A DNA stretch of 64,000 bases, taken from assembly GCA_034226945.1 (NCBI GenBank), contig CP120460.1:248001-312000 (forward strand), in the 5' to 3' direction. The notes below the pieces were generated by a model. It made no database searches, was not told the DNA's origin, and saw only the letters and a program-made list of their open reading frames with translations. Each line of letters begins with the position of its first letter. The stretch's first letter is position 1. The stretch is from Picochlorum sp. SENEW3 (lineage: Eukaryota). Both the position numbers and the translations under genes were made by a program. Shown here piece by piece: positions 43,593 to 56,155 of the stretch.

Positions 43593-44056
43593 GGTTTCCT
43601 CCTCGCGTGTGGCAGTTGGACACGAGAAGAATTCACGAAAGCATACGTACATATTTCAGCAATCCAGCCCTTCTGAATACTATTTCTACGTCACTATGAG
43701 CTACCATGATGTATAGATATATAGATGCTACAAAATATATACGCACATCTCTGTGTGCGGAGGGAGTTTTGAGCAACGGTCGATCGATCGAGATCTCGAG
43801 ATCTAGACTCAATTCGTACTAATTACGAAACTTTCTTCACCACACTAGAGGAATCGGGCCTCCAAGCTGATCAAGAGGCGACCTGGTCAGGGAGTCTTGA
43901 TGTAAATGAAACATATTTATTTATATTGATTTGAATACTACCGTGGGTATCCAATCGGATGATACTTGCAGACGACACTCCTCTCAGCCATGCATTAATT
44001 ACATGTAATTAATTCACCACTAGCTGTTGAAAAGGAAGAAGCAAGAAAGATATCAG

Positions 44057-46115
44057 ATGGGTGCTGTTATTCAGAGTGTGTTGCGGTGTCGTGGGGTATT
44101 GTGGAATACATCTTTTTCGAAAAAGTTGTCTCTGAAGGGATGGAGATGGGTGTCTAGTAGTAGTATGAGGATGACAACAACAGGCATGGACTGGAGGTTT
44201 TGTGGGCAGGGATTGTTGTTGGGTGGTAAAGAACGGAGAAGTAATAGGGTGGTGATGTCTCATATGCGTGGTGGGTTTCATGCGGGGGTGATGGCTGGGT
44301 CGGATAGGGAGGATGCGTATGAAGAAGTGGAGGAGGAGGAGGTGGTGCTGCCAGAGACGTGTCCTGGGTGTGGGGTGAAGATTCAGATTGAGGATCCGGA
44401 TGCGCCAGGGTGCGTGATGCTGTGTTTTGTTTTCTTTTCATGCAGATTATAAATCCAGTATGTATGGATTACATCATACGTATGGGTGGTGATACTGATA
44501 CTCGTGTGACCATCTCTTGTGATGCAATATGTTATGTAGGTATTGTCGTGTTCCAAAGAGAATCATGGATATTTTGACCGGCCAGGTGGAGCAAGAAGAA
44601 GAAGGCATTGCCATGGACGACAGCGACGACTTTGAAGAAGAAATAGAGGGTGACGAAATTCTACTGGAAGGCGATGATGAGGCGTGGATGAAGGATGCAA
44701 AGAATAATCCAGACTTTGTCAGAGTCACGCTGGAGGATGGCGACCTTGGTAGTGATGATGTGGAAGAATTCAATGATATGATTGATTCGCTGAATATGAT
44801 GGAGATGAATGTGCCACAGCAGAAAGGGTCAAAGCAAAAGGGGCGAGAGCCACGGCCTATTGTGTTTGAGGATGACAATGATGCTGATGACATCTTTGCT
44901 GATTTGGTCTGCGAGCGGTGTTATTCGCTCAAGCATTATGGAAAGATCAAGTCGAGTGAGGCAGAAGTGTCACTTCCAGAATTTGATCTTGCAGAATCGG
45001 TAGGACGAGTGATTCGATCTCGCCAGTTTAGGAGGGCTGTTGTTCTCATTGTTGTTGACCTTGCTGACTTTGATGGATCATTGCCTCGACTCGCCATTCG
45101 ATCTCTGCTGCAGTCGAATGATACAGAAAATCTTTCTAATGCGACCCCTTCAGATTTTAAACTTGTTATAGCGGCGAATAAATCTGATTTGATTCCTAGA
45201 GAAGCTACCTCGACCCGTCTTGAAAAATGGGTGAGACGGAGGATTGCAGATGGAGGACTTCCACGGCCTTCTTCTGTCCATATAGTCAGTAGCCATACAA
45301 ATAGTGGTGTCAAGTCGCTGTTGATTGATCTCCAAAAGTCCGTAGGGAGTAAGGGGGATGTATGGGTTGTTGGTGCACAAAATGCTGGCAAGAGTAGTTT
45401 GATCAATGCAATGAGGAAGGGTGCTGGGCTCAAACCTAGTAATGTTACTGAAGCCCCGATTCCAGGGACAACGTTGGATATTGTGCCCATTCGTGGTATT
45501 GTTCCGAAAGGATGTGAGATGCTTGATACCCCTGGTGTGAGGCATGAGTATCAACTCACAGCTCGATTGAGTGCTGAGGAGGTGAGGATGCTCTTGCCAA
45601 AGAGATCTTTGAAGCCGAAAACGTACAGGATTGGTGAGGGACAGACCATTCATTTAGGAGGTATTGGAAGGATTGATGTCTGCTCTGTTCCTGGGGCGAC
45701 ATTATATGTGACCATATGGGCGAGTGATGAAGTTCGATGCCATCTCGGAAAGACTGTCAATGCAGATAGTTTGTTGGCAACACACCTTGGCAAGGATCTT
45801 GTGCCACCTGTTATTCGTAGCGAAGATGATGTGTCGCGAGTAGAATCCATGCCTGCATTGACACCGACGGATGTGGAAGTGAATGGAGATGAGTGGAAGA
45901 GCAGCTCGGTTGATGTCTGTATTGCAGGACTTGGATGGGCTGGGATTGGTGTCCGGGGCAAATCTCAGTTGAAAGTTTGGGCTCCTCCTGGAGTAGCTAT
46001 AACGACCCGTGCAGCAATCATCCCTGACATGGCAAAGGAGTTTTGCAAGCCAGGTTTTGATGCTGCTTCCAGGCCAAAAGTTGTGAAAAAGGGCAAGAGG
46101 AAGAGGAAGAAATAG
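44057..46115 (+). CDS. Circularly permuted YqeH/NOA1/BPG2-type GTPase (intron 44410-44539)
   Basis: CPGCG...CERC zinc motif, VDLADFDGS, NKSD before GAQNAGKSS, PGTT, DTPG. Confidence 0.92.
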
Positions 46116-46157
46116 ACACCATCAAGTGCACGCAGCAATGTAATATTACACGTATAC

Positions 46158-48380
46158 CTAATGCTTTTTGAAAGATCCCCACTTGCTCATGCCTGAATCT
46201 TTACTCGTTTTCTTTGATGCTCGAAGTCCATTCAAAGCTTGCACCCTTGTAGAGATCATGGACACAGATGGTGCCGGCATATTTTGAGCACCCACTTCAG
46301 GAGTTTGTGCCATATCGGAATCAGATTCCCTCTGCTTCTTCCTGTTGTTTTGATTGTTCTTCTGGCGCATTGAGCTCCGCGTCACACGTTTCGAGCCTCG
46401 AGGAGTGCCATTGTCAATGGCGTCAGACATCCCCTCATCATCACTGGACTCTCCAGTGGATGCACTATGGTTCTCAATGTCATCTGTTTGCTGAGTCCTT
46501 CTAGTCCTTTGCTTCGGTTTCTTATTAGTATTCGGATCAGGCAAACTACTGTTTATTTTGTCCTTGGCAGCATTCACTACACGTGATGCAACAATCTTTT
46601 CCCTGCGGAAACCTGCTGCAGATAATAGTGCTTTCAGAATCATTTCAGATTCCTGATTTTCCTGAACATCCTTTGAAACATCCTTGGTCCGCCTCTCAGC
46701 ATCTTGCTGAGTCTCTTTGAGTGCATTCTTCACAGTTTCAACCAAGGCTGACTTTTCATCTTTTTGAACATATTCATTCAAGGCATGCCCAAGCTCCTGC
46801 TCTGGAAGTATTCGAAGTTCATCTTTCAAATGCTCCCCAATCAAATCTTCTATCCGAGTTTCAGCATCCGCTGGTGTCACTGGCTGCAACATGGCACCAT
46901 TCGCTGCTGCTCTTCTGCGAACAGCAGCCTTTTGCCACAGCAACACATCCTGCGGATTGGCCACTTTATCCACAAATTGCTGTGCAAATGTCTGCGTATT
47001 TATCGTACTGAATCCTGAATAGTCTACTCGGCATCGTATCAATGGCAAATCTGGACCATTGGACGATGCTTCTCTCGCTGCTAAAGAAATCATTTGGTCA
47101 ACCTTGTCGGCTAGAAAATCAACCACAGAGTCTGGATTTCCTGGGTTGACAGAAGTCTGATGTGACAGGGTTACCGAATCAAAGACAAACGGCCTCACCG
47201 TTTCCAATGGAATCTTGACAGTCCGCCACTTCTTTTGTCGAATTTCCAAGAGAAACACGTGCTTCTTTTTCGATTCCCCTTCACTCAGAGCTGTCGCAAC
47301 AGAGGAGCCTGGCTGCAGCACCGAGAAAGCACCACCTGACGCTGCAGAACTCTGCACAATATTATTAAATAGCACTCGTGTACAATTATGTTCTCCATAC
47401 AAAGCAAAAAAAAGAAAGCATCATCCCCCACGCACCTGTACTTCGGCGATGCATTCGTGCTCATGTCCCCAAATCACAACATCCAAAAACTTTGGCAAAT
47501 GACTCTCCCTCACAATATTCTTCGCCCCTTGCGCATGAGGTACTCTATTCTGATGCAACACAAAAACATTGACCCAGTCTTCTACATCTGCTATGGGATT
47601 TGATAGAGGCCTTGCCCATTCCACCCCGTTTGGCGTGTTGAACAGACGACACATGCGCTCATCTCTAATATTCCCAAGCCCGTACAAGGCAAGCTTTGTG
47701 TTCCCTTTACGTATCAATATAGGGCTAATCTTCACCCCGCCCGATCCTGAACCACTAATAGTTGTTTTTCCGAAATAATTGACTAGATTCGCGCTGGCGA
47801 GAATATCGACAGCAGACATATTATCTACTGAAGATGGGTCGTCATGGTTGCCATGAATAGTAAACACAGGGAGCCCAATGTTGAAATTGGGATTCTCGTA
47901 ATTCACTCGCCTGCAATGACAGAATCGTAAGCACACCTATCCATTGTGCCAGCCACACAGTAAAGAAAAAGATGAAACTCTCTAAACGCACCCAGTGGTA
48001 AAATTGACCTTTTGATCAGAGAGAATTTCAAACAAAATATCTCCATCCCCCAAACAATGCTTTGACAAGATATCGACAGCCTTGACCACGCTATTCCTCG
48101 AAGGCTTGTTCTCATGGAACAAATCACCACCTAGAAGGACAAAATCGACGCTATGCTGCTTCGCAATCTGAAATATTTCATCAAATGTGTCAAAACTGTC
48201 GTTGCCCCTGACTGGGTCACTTTCCCACACACCCTGCGAAAAGCGACATATGCGTCAAGAAGGCCAAGCATAATCTTTAATAAACAACAGAGAGTGCCTA
48301 TCGATGGTATCAGACCAAGGAAAACAGAGTCGTACAAGGTGGTTGTCAGTGGCCACGAGAATTCTCAGGGTATCCTCCAT
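46158..48380 (-). CDS. MRE11: MRE11 double-strand-break repair nuclease (exons 48380-48336, 48233-47992, 47910-47436, 47351-46158)
   Basis: LVATDNHLG, GGDLFHENKPS, IHGNHDDP, GNIRDER, VLHQNR, WGHEHEC, QPGSSVATAL, VANP; all introns phase-consistent. Confidence 0.96.
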
Positions 48381-48685
48381 GAATTCTATCAACAAGGCAT
48401 GGTACCCATTAAGTATACAAGAAATGTATTTAAATATATGTTTCAAGAAGAATAAGCTGGTGTCATTTGATTTTGGCTCCCCATGTGAGGGGAGCAAGAT
48501 TCAAATGTTCCTAGGAATGGCCATCTAAAAATGCACAAGGCGCCTTCTGCATTGGTAATGCGCATTGCAGAAAACTCAGCAGATGGATCCATCTGCTGGA
48601 AACCCAAATAGACTCTATATAGTAAATCAGATACTGCACTTAAGGAAGAGGGGGGCAGTGCCGGAGGAGGAGCCATGCTGACAAG

Positions 48686-49555
48686 ATGGACCGCTGTTTC
48701 CAACAACGTTCGTGGGAAGACAGCACCAAGATCCAATCAAATGTGTCGCTCTTTCTGTCAAGTCTTCTCTTTCCACTACTCTATATAACTCCATTGTATA
48801 TTGTGTCGCGGGGGAGGGCGAGACATGAGGCGGATGTGATTTGGAAAAGGATATCCGTGTCATGTTTCTGGGTACCCTTCTTCAGTTGTGCCTTGGTGGA
48901 CCAGGCACGGCGTACATCACCATTCTTGTCAGTCGACTCTCCGTGTCATGATTTGATTAGACTTCTAGGATTTGGAGAGTTTTCAATACAAAAGATAGTA
49001 AACGCAGCATGGATTGGTGCACTGCCTGTCCTTGTCTTGTTTTCTGGTTCCCTGGTAAACCTGATACTTGAAATGTACCATGGGCGTCCTGTAATGTCTC
49101 GGCGGAGACCTGTTGAATGGATTCGTGACATATTTGTAGCTCCATTCACGGAAGAAATTTGCTTTCGGAGTGCTCTCATGTCGTTTCTCTGGCTTGGAGG
49201 GATGAACATGTCCACAAGTATATGGTTTTCTCCAATGGTGTTTGGGTTATCACATGTCCACCATTTGCACGATATGGTATATTATCGGAATATCGCATGG
49301 ACATATGCCATTATGAATGTTCTGTTTCAGTTTCTATATACAACGGTATTCGGCTGGTATGCAGCAATGTTGTTTGCCAAGACTGGTCAGCTCATGGCTC
49401 CTTTGGCAGCACATGCTGTGTGCAATTTCTTTGGTGTTCCCCGTTTTGGAGAGTTACGCCAGATGAGTCCGCAAAACTACGCGCGATGTATCATCGTGTG
49501 TCATATGCTTGGTGTGTGTGGGTTTGTCGTGGCATGTTACATGGTAATACAATGA
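48686..49555 (+). CDS. RCE1: CAAX prenyl protease 2 (RCE1/FACE2)
   Basis: APFTEEICFR, FGLSHVHH, FQFLYTTVFGWYA, HAVCNFFGVP; polytopic membrane protein. Confidence 0.9.
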   Translation: MDRCFQQRSWEDSTKIQSNVSLFLSSLLFPLLYITPLYIVSRGRARHEADVIWKRISVSCFWVPFFSCALVDQARRTSPFLSVDSPCHDLIRLLGFGEFSIQKIVNAAWIGALPVLVLFSGSLVNLILEMYHGRPVMSRRRPVEWIRDIFVAPFTEEICFRSALMSFLWLGGMNMSTSIWFSPMVFGLSHVHHLHDMVYYRNIAWTYAIMNVLFQFLYTTVFGWYAAMLFAKTGQLMAPLAAHAVCNFFGVPRFGELRQMSPQNYARCIIVCHMLGVCGFVVACYMVIQ

Positions 49556-49604
49556 ATTTTCCATCAGAAGATGCCATTCTTCATATGATGTGATGATGAC
49601 ACAT

Positions 49605-51524
49605 CTATTCCTCATCGCCATCATCACTATCGTCGTCAAGGAACCAGCCCTCGTTACGAAGCCATTGTTCTATATCCTCGTCGCTATCGCTCTCGAGACC
49701 CTCGGGAAACAAGTATTCCTTGAGCAAGACTGGCGCTTCTATAGTATTTGAACCAGCTTGATACAGCAAAGGCCATTGGTCGCCTTGTTGCAACGTTCTA
49801 GATGCTCTGTACGCACTTCCTTTATCCCAAGACTTGTTTGATTTTGCCCGGGATACAGTCTGTCGTAGTATAGTACCTCTATTATCGCCAAGGTGGGCCC
49901 CATCCTGATCAAGCACCGTGCACAGGTCCAAGACAACATGTCCTTTTCGTTTTCGAGTCCTCAGTATTCTAGAATGAGGAATCTTCAATTCCACATTGGT
50001 AGTAGATAGACCTTTAAGAATCTCGACATCGTGTTGAAGACGTGCATCATGCTCTACATCACTCTTGTGTGCAGCAACCGTATGCTCCATCTGTGCTATA
50101 GCATGATTAGCATCATCATGACGAGGAGCATCGATCGCAAACAAATCCGGACGCCCTTCTCTAAACCCTCGTTTCAGAATTACATACGAAAACTTTTCTG
50201 CAAACGTGTCTCTCGGTGCCTTTCCCGTCAAGCTCTTCACTGCAATCCGTTGTTCCTCAGTCCTTGTGTGCCGTTGAGTGAAATGGCACCATGACTTTGT
50301 CCCACGAAGTGGGCATGCGCCATCATGAGGACACGGTGCAACAACATGAAATGGAATGCCAAGTTTCCTCGAAACCTTGAGCACATACGCACGACTATCA
50401 TCTATGATGGAAAATCCATGTGGCGTGCCTGGCTCTATCAACACAATATATTGCTGACTAGACTGAATCAATTTATTCAGCACGTGGTGCCTCTCTACGC
50501 TATCATTCAATTCATTCAAACTATACGCCGCGATACATATATCATGCTTGGCCAGAGCACCTTTATTCCTCGGAAAATACGGCCTCCACCGAATATCCAT
50601 CCTTCCAGATGGTGTTGCCACCCTCTGCTGCTGATGCTCATTTCTGTCTATTGGAATAACCATACTAGTACCATTAGTATCCTGCGCACACATATCCAGT
50701 ATTTCATACCCTAGATTCGCCATCGAATGCGAATTCTCTATCGCCGTCACCCGGATATTGGACGATGGCCAGATATGCCGAGCAGCCCATGCAGCAGTTC
50801 CTGGACCAGCACCAAAATCCAACATACTCTCCGGCACCCATACGTCGCCATCATCATTCCCCCGTGACATTTCCAATCGCTGCAATACATGCTTAATAGC
50901 CGCATACGTCGACGGCAACCTCGCAGACGCATAGGCCAAAGCCCCAAGCCCATTATACAATTTCAATCCACTCAGCTTTTCAAGCTGTCTTTTATACACT
51001 GACTGCTCCGCACTCGCCTTTAGTATCTGATACTCTGGCCTCGATGTAAGTAGATCTGACATTGCCTCTTCATCCACAACCTCATCCGCCCGAAACTCCC
51101 CAAGAGTCAAGGCCCTCAACGCCTGCTTCTCCTGCTGTCGCCTGGCCCCTCTCAAAACCGTCGGAGACACCTGTCGATCATACAAATTCGGCTGAATCCC
51201 ACCCCGATGCTTACTTAACGATCTCATTTTAATACTCTCAACAACCTTCTTCCCCAATTGCCGCAATCTCTTTGGGTGACTCGTCTTTTCTTTTTGCAAT
51301 GCAGATACGGCATGTTGCAGAGGCACTGGAATAGTCACGACAGGCGGCACTCTCTGGAGCAAACCATCCGTTCGATACGGCACAATATGTGATTCATCCA
51401 TAAGACGTTCCACCACCTCTGTGGTGCTCCCATCGTTGGAAGCCGAGAGACCCCTGGTGGGCAGAGACCACCTAGAGGGGGAGACTCGAAGAAAAAGAGC
51501 AGCAACGCGAGTCTCACGCCTCAT
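49605..51524 (-). CDS. RSM22: RSM22/METTL17 mitoribosome assembly methyltransferase-like protein
   Basis: AYASARLP, LDFGAGPGT, IEPGTPHGF, HVVAPCPHDGACP..WCHFTQR, EKFSY, GHVVLDLC. Confidence 0.9.
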   Translation of the reverse strand: MRRETRVAALFLRVSPSRWSLPTRGLSASNDGSTTEVVERLMDESHIVPYRTDGLLQRVPPVVTIPVPLQHAVSALQKEKTSHPKRLRQLGKKVVESIKMRSLSKHRGGIQPNLYDRQVSPTVLRGARRQQEKQALRALTLGEFRADEVVDEEAMSDLLTSRPEYQILKASAEQSVYKRQLEKLSGLKLYNGLGALAYASARLPSTYAAIKHVLQRLEMSRGNDDGDVWVPESMLDFGAGPGTAAWAARHIWPSSNIRVTAIENSHSMANLGYEILDMCAQDTNGTSMVIPIDRNEHQQQRVATPSGRMDIRWRPYFPRNKGALAKHDICIAAYSLNELNDSVERHHVLNKLIQSSQQYIVLIEPGTPHGFSIIDDSRAYVLKVSRKLGIPFHVVAPCPHDGACPLRGTKSWCHFTQRHTRTEEQRIAVKSLTGKAPRDTFAEKFSYVILKRGFREGRPDLFAIDAPRHDDANHAIAQMEHTVAAHKSDVEHDARLQHDVEILKGLSTTNVELKIPHSRILRTRKRKGHVVLDLCTVLDQDGAHLGDNRGTILRQTVSRAKSNKSWDKGSAYRASRTLQQGDQWPLLYQAGSNTIEAPVLLKEYLFPEGLESDSDEDIEQWLRNEGWFLDDDSDDGDEE

Positions 51525-51629
51525 CTCCTCCTCCTCCTCCTTTTACGCAAATCTGGAATAATAATATGAAAACATGTTTTGTTACAACAATATACAGAGA
51601 GAAGAAATACGACGACAGTATGCAATCAG

Positions 51630-52622
51630 TTACTCCTTTGAAGCAGCAGCAGCAGCAGCAGCCTCTTTGGTCATGGCCACGATGGCCTCTTTAATCTGCT
51701 TCCTGTCTTGAACAACAGTGGGGAATCCCAATCGACAATTGAACACCTCGCCATCCTTGACACATTTCATATCAATTCCATATCTATCCAAGGACATCAT
51801 CGACGCTGTATCGACAGAAATACCCGCATAATGCTCCACCATGGCAATGGACGCATCCCCATGATCGGCATTCATATGCCCACAAACTGGGCCGCTGTAC
51901 TGTGCAATAGCATCTGGCGATGCAGACAGATATGATGCAGGACTGACAGACCCAGCCATTCCAAACCCTCCAACCAGTCGTACATTCTCAATGGAATTGA
52001 GTGTGAACCAGGAAAAATCGCCAAAATCCACCCAGAATGAGTTGGGATGCTTTTCCAGGTAGATGGCACGCGCATGCTCTGCAGCATCTGGATCCACTTC
52101 TACAGCTGATCCGACGATATTCACTCGAGCATCTTGCATCCCTTGAAATCCTGTTTTGAGAATTGTCAGACTGCATTTAGGATTTTCCAATAAATCCCCC
52201 TTGTGACTCCCGAGGGAACTCAAACAGAATATGGGGTATCCAGATGCATCACAAGCATATTCTGCCACAGATCCAGAGGGATACCCAGACAATGTACCCC
52301 TCGAATTCGTCGATAACACCCCAAACATGCTATTTTGAACGATTGTCCTGGCCATCTCTGGCGCAGAGAGCTTCTCTACTGTTGCTTGGTACGCCTGAAG
52401 GGTTTCGTATTCGCTGGCCACACGGTCAGCATCTGTCGAAGACGACATGATTAGAGATGGTTTACTCGGATTCTTTCCACTACTACTTTTGGTATGCCTA
52501 ATACCATTACTAGGAAATCCTGGAGAAGGAATTGAATAGAAGGATGAGGTGGAGACGAGTGCCCACGTTCTCCAATGTTGGGTTGAATTCCTACGCAACG
52601 ATTTCACAACAACTGTCGACAT
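51630..52622 (-). CDS. Split-barrel heme-binding protein, HugZ/HOZ-GluTRBP family (with DUF2470)
   Basis: GVLST..GYPSGS, NPKCSL, FWVDFGDF, VGGFG, GHMNADH, LDRYG. Confidence 0.85.
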   Translation of the reverse strand: MSTVVVKSLRRNSTQHWRTWALVSTSSFYSIPSPGFPSNGIRHTKSSSGKNPSKPSLIMSSSTDADRVASEYETLQAYQATVEKLSAPEMARTIVQNSMFGVLSTNSRGTLSGYPSGSVAEYACDASGYPIFCLSSLGSHKGDLLENPKCSLTILKTGFQGMQDARVNIVGSAVEVDPDAAEHARAIYLEKHPNSFWVDFGDFSWFTLNSIENVRLVGGFGMAGSVSPASYLSASPDAIAQYSGPVCGHMNADHGDASIAMVEHYAGISVDTASMMSLDRYGIDMKCVKDGEVFNCRLGFPTVVQDRKQIKEAIVAMTKEAAAAAAASKE

Positions 52623-52709
52623 TCTATATTATTCAATATATTTTTAATATAAGAAATCAAGGAATAAATGAATACCTGATCTACATGGCTGATGATGAGA
52701 ATTCAAACA

Positions 52710-53843
52710 TCAGCTGACAGGTACATTGGGCAATGCACCATACTCACTCCACGATCCATCATAGACGGGCATCATTGGTTTCTCCATCTGCTGTGCAGCG
52801 AGGACGAGAATACACGCGGTGGTTCCACTTCCGCATGATGCGATAACGTTGCTGAAATCAGTAGTCTTTGGATCAATCCCAACAGATTGAAAGACCTGTT
52901 GGATTTCATCAGGGGATTTGAACCGCGCGCTAGGGGATTCTGTCAATACAGCATTCCAAGGGATATTCTTACTGTTTGGCATGTGTCCTTTGGCCAAACC
53001 CTTGCGAGGCTCTTCAGCTTCTCCTCGGAACCTTGCAGCAGGCCTGGCATCAACAACAATACTGTCTGTTCCATACACTGCACGTTCAAGGACATCGTCG
53101 ATGGATGCGACAAGGCGTGTATTCAATGAACATGATGGGTATGATGCATCTGGAGGTGCATTCCATGATGTTCCACGTTGCATGGCATCTTGGCATGCAC
53201 GCGTAGCCTGCTCTACATCATCTCTATTTGACACAGGTGTCATGTCCACCTCACCCTGCACATCCTCTTGCCATGCTGGTAATCCCCCATCTAACACATA
53301 TACATGTTCATGGCCAAACACCTTCCATGTCCACCACGCTCGAGGCGCACTGAATATTCCCTGCCGATCATACACAACAACGGTATCATCAGGGGATATA
53401 CCAAGTGCTGCTGCTGCTGCAGCAAACCCTTGCTCGGTAGGAAGCATATGAGGTAGATCGGTATCCTGCCGAGCTACTCCATCCAAATCAAAAAACTGAG
53501 CACCTGGTATCCTACCAATCGTTGAGAATTCTTCAATCGGATCCCGGCCCATGTGAGGCAAGTACCATGTGGCATCCAACACTTTACACTGATTCAAATG
53601 CTCTTTAAGCCATGATGCTGAACAAAGAGACGAACTATCTCTTGATGATGCACTACAATACGTGCGAGATGAGGCCATGCTCGTGGTTTGCATTATAGGA
53701 GAGGTGGAGCATAGACCAGACAATATGGGTCTCTCCCATAATGTCCTTGTATCCACATTGACTTCTGTCCTTGTCGCTGGTCGCACCATATACCTACTGT
53801 ATCCACTGATTCTATGGGCTATCGTACGACACAGTGGCGACAT
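52710..53843 (-). CDS. Thiosulfate/3-mercaptopyruvate sulfurtransferase (two-domain rhodanese)
   Basis: LDATWYLP, IPGAQFFD, LPHMLP, LDGGLPAW, DARPAARF, CGSGTTA, YDGSWSEY. Confidence 0.95.
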   Translation of the reverse strand: MSPLCRTIAHRISGYSRYMVRPATRTEVNVDTRTLWERPILSGLCSTSPIMQTTSMASSRTYCSASSRDSSSLCSASWLKEHLNQCKVLDATWYLPHMGRDPIEEFSTIGRIPGAQFFDLDGVARQDTDLPHMLPTEQGFAAAAAALGISPDDTVVVYDRQGIFSAPRAWWTWKVFGHEHVYVLDGGLPAWQEDVQGEVDMTPVSNRDDVEQATRACQDAMQRGTSWNAPPDASYPSCSLNTRLVASIDDVLERAVYGTDSIVVDARPAARFRGEAEEPRKGLAKGHMPNSKNIPWNAVLTESPSARFKSPDEIQQVFQSVGIDPKTTDFSNVIASCGSGTTACILVLAAQQMEKPMMPVYDGSWSEYGALPNVPVS

Positions 53844-54403
53844 CGTCTGTCTGTACCAAAGGAGATCTTCCTGGGGTTTTTATGAAAAGAAAAGAGCCTT
53901 CGTCTTCTCTTCCTTTGAAGCGATACCAATGCAAACGAAAAGAGCACGTATCAGTCGTAAATCTCCTTGATAACAAATAAGTTCTAGTTATGGATTATGA
54001 ATGACTCTATTTACTCGTAGGCACGCACGCAGCTCGTATTATTATTTCAATGCGCTCTATGCACATAGAACAACCAACTACTACTACTACTACTTCCGGT
54101 CGAGTCGACTGTTCGATCGATGAAAAGGTTTCATGCGAACAACAATGGCCCTTTGGCTGGGATCCCGAAACCATCTTTACCCACGGCGATGGTCTTGCTT
54201 CATAGTAGCACAATACTAATTACCGATTATTATTTATATACAAGGATAATTCATATTTTTGGTAGCACGAACAGATCTGTGTGAGTGAGAGATTGTGTTG
54301 CTTGAATACAGTGTGTAGGAAAAAAACTCAGTTCAACAAGCACATACATATTGTAGTATCGTTGTTTGTCAGAAAGGGTCACAGCATTAGACATCAAATC
54401 AGA

Positions 54404-55069
54404 ATGAAGCTTGCAGTTTTGAATTCATCAAAGGTATCGCATGGGCTTGTGGCTTCCAACCCATCATCATCATCCAGATCTGCTGCTCTGTGTGTGGGAG
54501 CACCAAAGACACGGGTATTGCATATTCCTCAGGCTGCGACAACAGGACATGATGTGCATCGAAGCCTCAGTAAGATACTTGAGGTATCGAAGCAGATGGC
54601 TGTTGCAGGGATTGCATCGGCAGCTATTCTGTGTGCTCCTCAACTCACAGGAGCTGCATTGGCAGATGCCTGTCCAACCATGGTCAAGGTGCCATCAGGG
54701 GATGCGTCTGGATTAGAATACTGCGATGTCAAGGTGGGAGAGGGTGATCCTCCGGTGAAGGGAACGTTCGTCAAGGTTCATTATGAAGGGCGATTGGATT
54801 CAGAAATTGCATCGGGGACGTTTGATAGTTCCTATGAACGGGGGAGACCACTTGGTTTTAGCGTCGGGACAGGGACAGTGATAAAAGGATGGGACCTTGG
54901 AATTTTAGGAGATGGGCAGACTATACCGGCGATGAAACCTGGAGGGAAGAGAAAGCTGGTGATTCCAAGTGAGCTTGGATATGGTCCACGGGGTGCCGGG
55001 GGTGTTATTCCTCCAAATGCGACTCTGTATTTTGATGTCGAGTATGTTGGTCGATTGGGTAAAAAATAA
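54404..55069 (+). CDS. Thylakoid-lumen FKBP peptidyl-prolyl isomerase (FKBP13/16-2-like)
   Basis: Bipartite transit peptide ending ALA; N-terminal Cys pair; VHYEGRL, FDSSYERG, VIKGWD, IPSELGYG, IPPNATLYFDVE. Confidence 0.92.
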   Translation: MKLAVLNSSKVSHGLVASNPSSSSRSAALCVGAPKTRVLHIPQAATTGHDVHRSLSKILEVSKQMAVAGIASAAILCAPQLTGAALADACPTMVKVPSGDASGLEYCDVKVGEGDPPVKGTFVKVHYEGRLDSEIASGTFDSSYERGRPLGFSVGTGTVIKGWDLGILGDGQTIPAMKPGGKRKLVIPSELGYGPRGAGGVIPPNATLYFDVEYVGRLGKK

Positions 55070-56155
55070 AGGCTATTTTTTTTCTTTTTGCGGGATCATC
55101 ATAGTGACGTTGGGCTTTTGTCATTCTACATTTTTACATGGTGATGTTGGGTTGGTGGGTTTCTGGATGGGAACTTTATGCATGAGATATCACGCCTTTG
55201 ATCTGGTTGTTGAATCAATTCTCTTCAATTTACGTGCATGTAAACTGAGATTATACTACAGACAACGCTTTTTTATTTTTATCGCCATGGTTTGCGCCAT
55301 ACAGTGCGATCTGGAGTTGTACATCAAGGCCTTGCTCGGCGCAACCTTCTGGCCAATCAGTCAGATAATAAGACCGTTGGCCCCGGTCATGGAATAGGAC
55401 CACGATTTCTATTTCTCAATAAGTGTGGTTTATGCCAATCAATCACATGACGTGCCAATTCATGATCATGGAATAGGGACAGAAATAGAAATCTATTTTG
55501 TCTCCTTGCATGGGGGGCTGCATGAGCTACTGCATTTGAACTAGACAGTGTTGATAGGCACTCCTCGATGGGATTAACGCAAGGAGACAGATATCTGGTG
55601 CCAAAATTGCATTCATAATGCATACCCATAAGCACTGCTATTCTCCGGGAAAAAAATTACTTCGAATAGTGTGTAATAGTTCAATACAATTGTAGGGAAA
55701 GATTTAGGCTTTCATTCAGGTGAAATTCTTTTTAGAAAAGGAAAAACGGTCCCAAGTTGTAGGTTTGTACAGCACAAGTACGTGTTTCCCCATCTGCCCT
55801 ATGTACACTGCAGTAGGCACACTTGCAGTTCGGTTTGATAACAATTATTGAGTATAGAATACTATTAAGGCCGCTTTTACTTGATTCCTAAGTTCCAGTC
55901 TATGACCCAATCTCAAATCGGGTCGGTGACGGCAAAAAAATATATTTCGAAAGAAAAAAGAAAATTGGTTCTACAAGCATGTAGATGGGTGTATTTATAG
56001 TCAAAAAGAGTGTTTTACAACAATATGAGTGGTGCATAACCTGTTCAGAATCTAATCTGACCTGGAGCATGCATGCATGTTTGATGTGGACGTAAGTCCC
56101 GTGTATGCAACCAAATTTGAGACCATCACCTGGCCAGGATCTATATATATCAGAT

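Noticed and set aside
42693..48380. PCNA-like gene near MRE11 as a DNA-repair cluster
   Set aside because: An unrelated GTPase intervenes and only two genes are involved; no evidence of co-regulation
48443..48736. 97-aa minus-strand ORF between MRE11 and RCE1
   Set aside because: No recognisable motif; overlaps the RCE1 start and the divergent promoter
3020..52622. Metal/heme gene 'cluster' (ferroportin, ZIP, HOZ) and prenylation pair (FTA, RCE1)
   Set aside because: Separated by tens of kb and many unrelated genes; expected by chance in a dense genome
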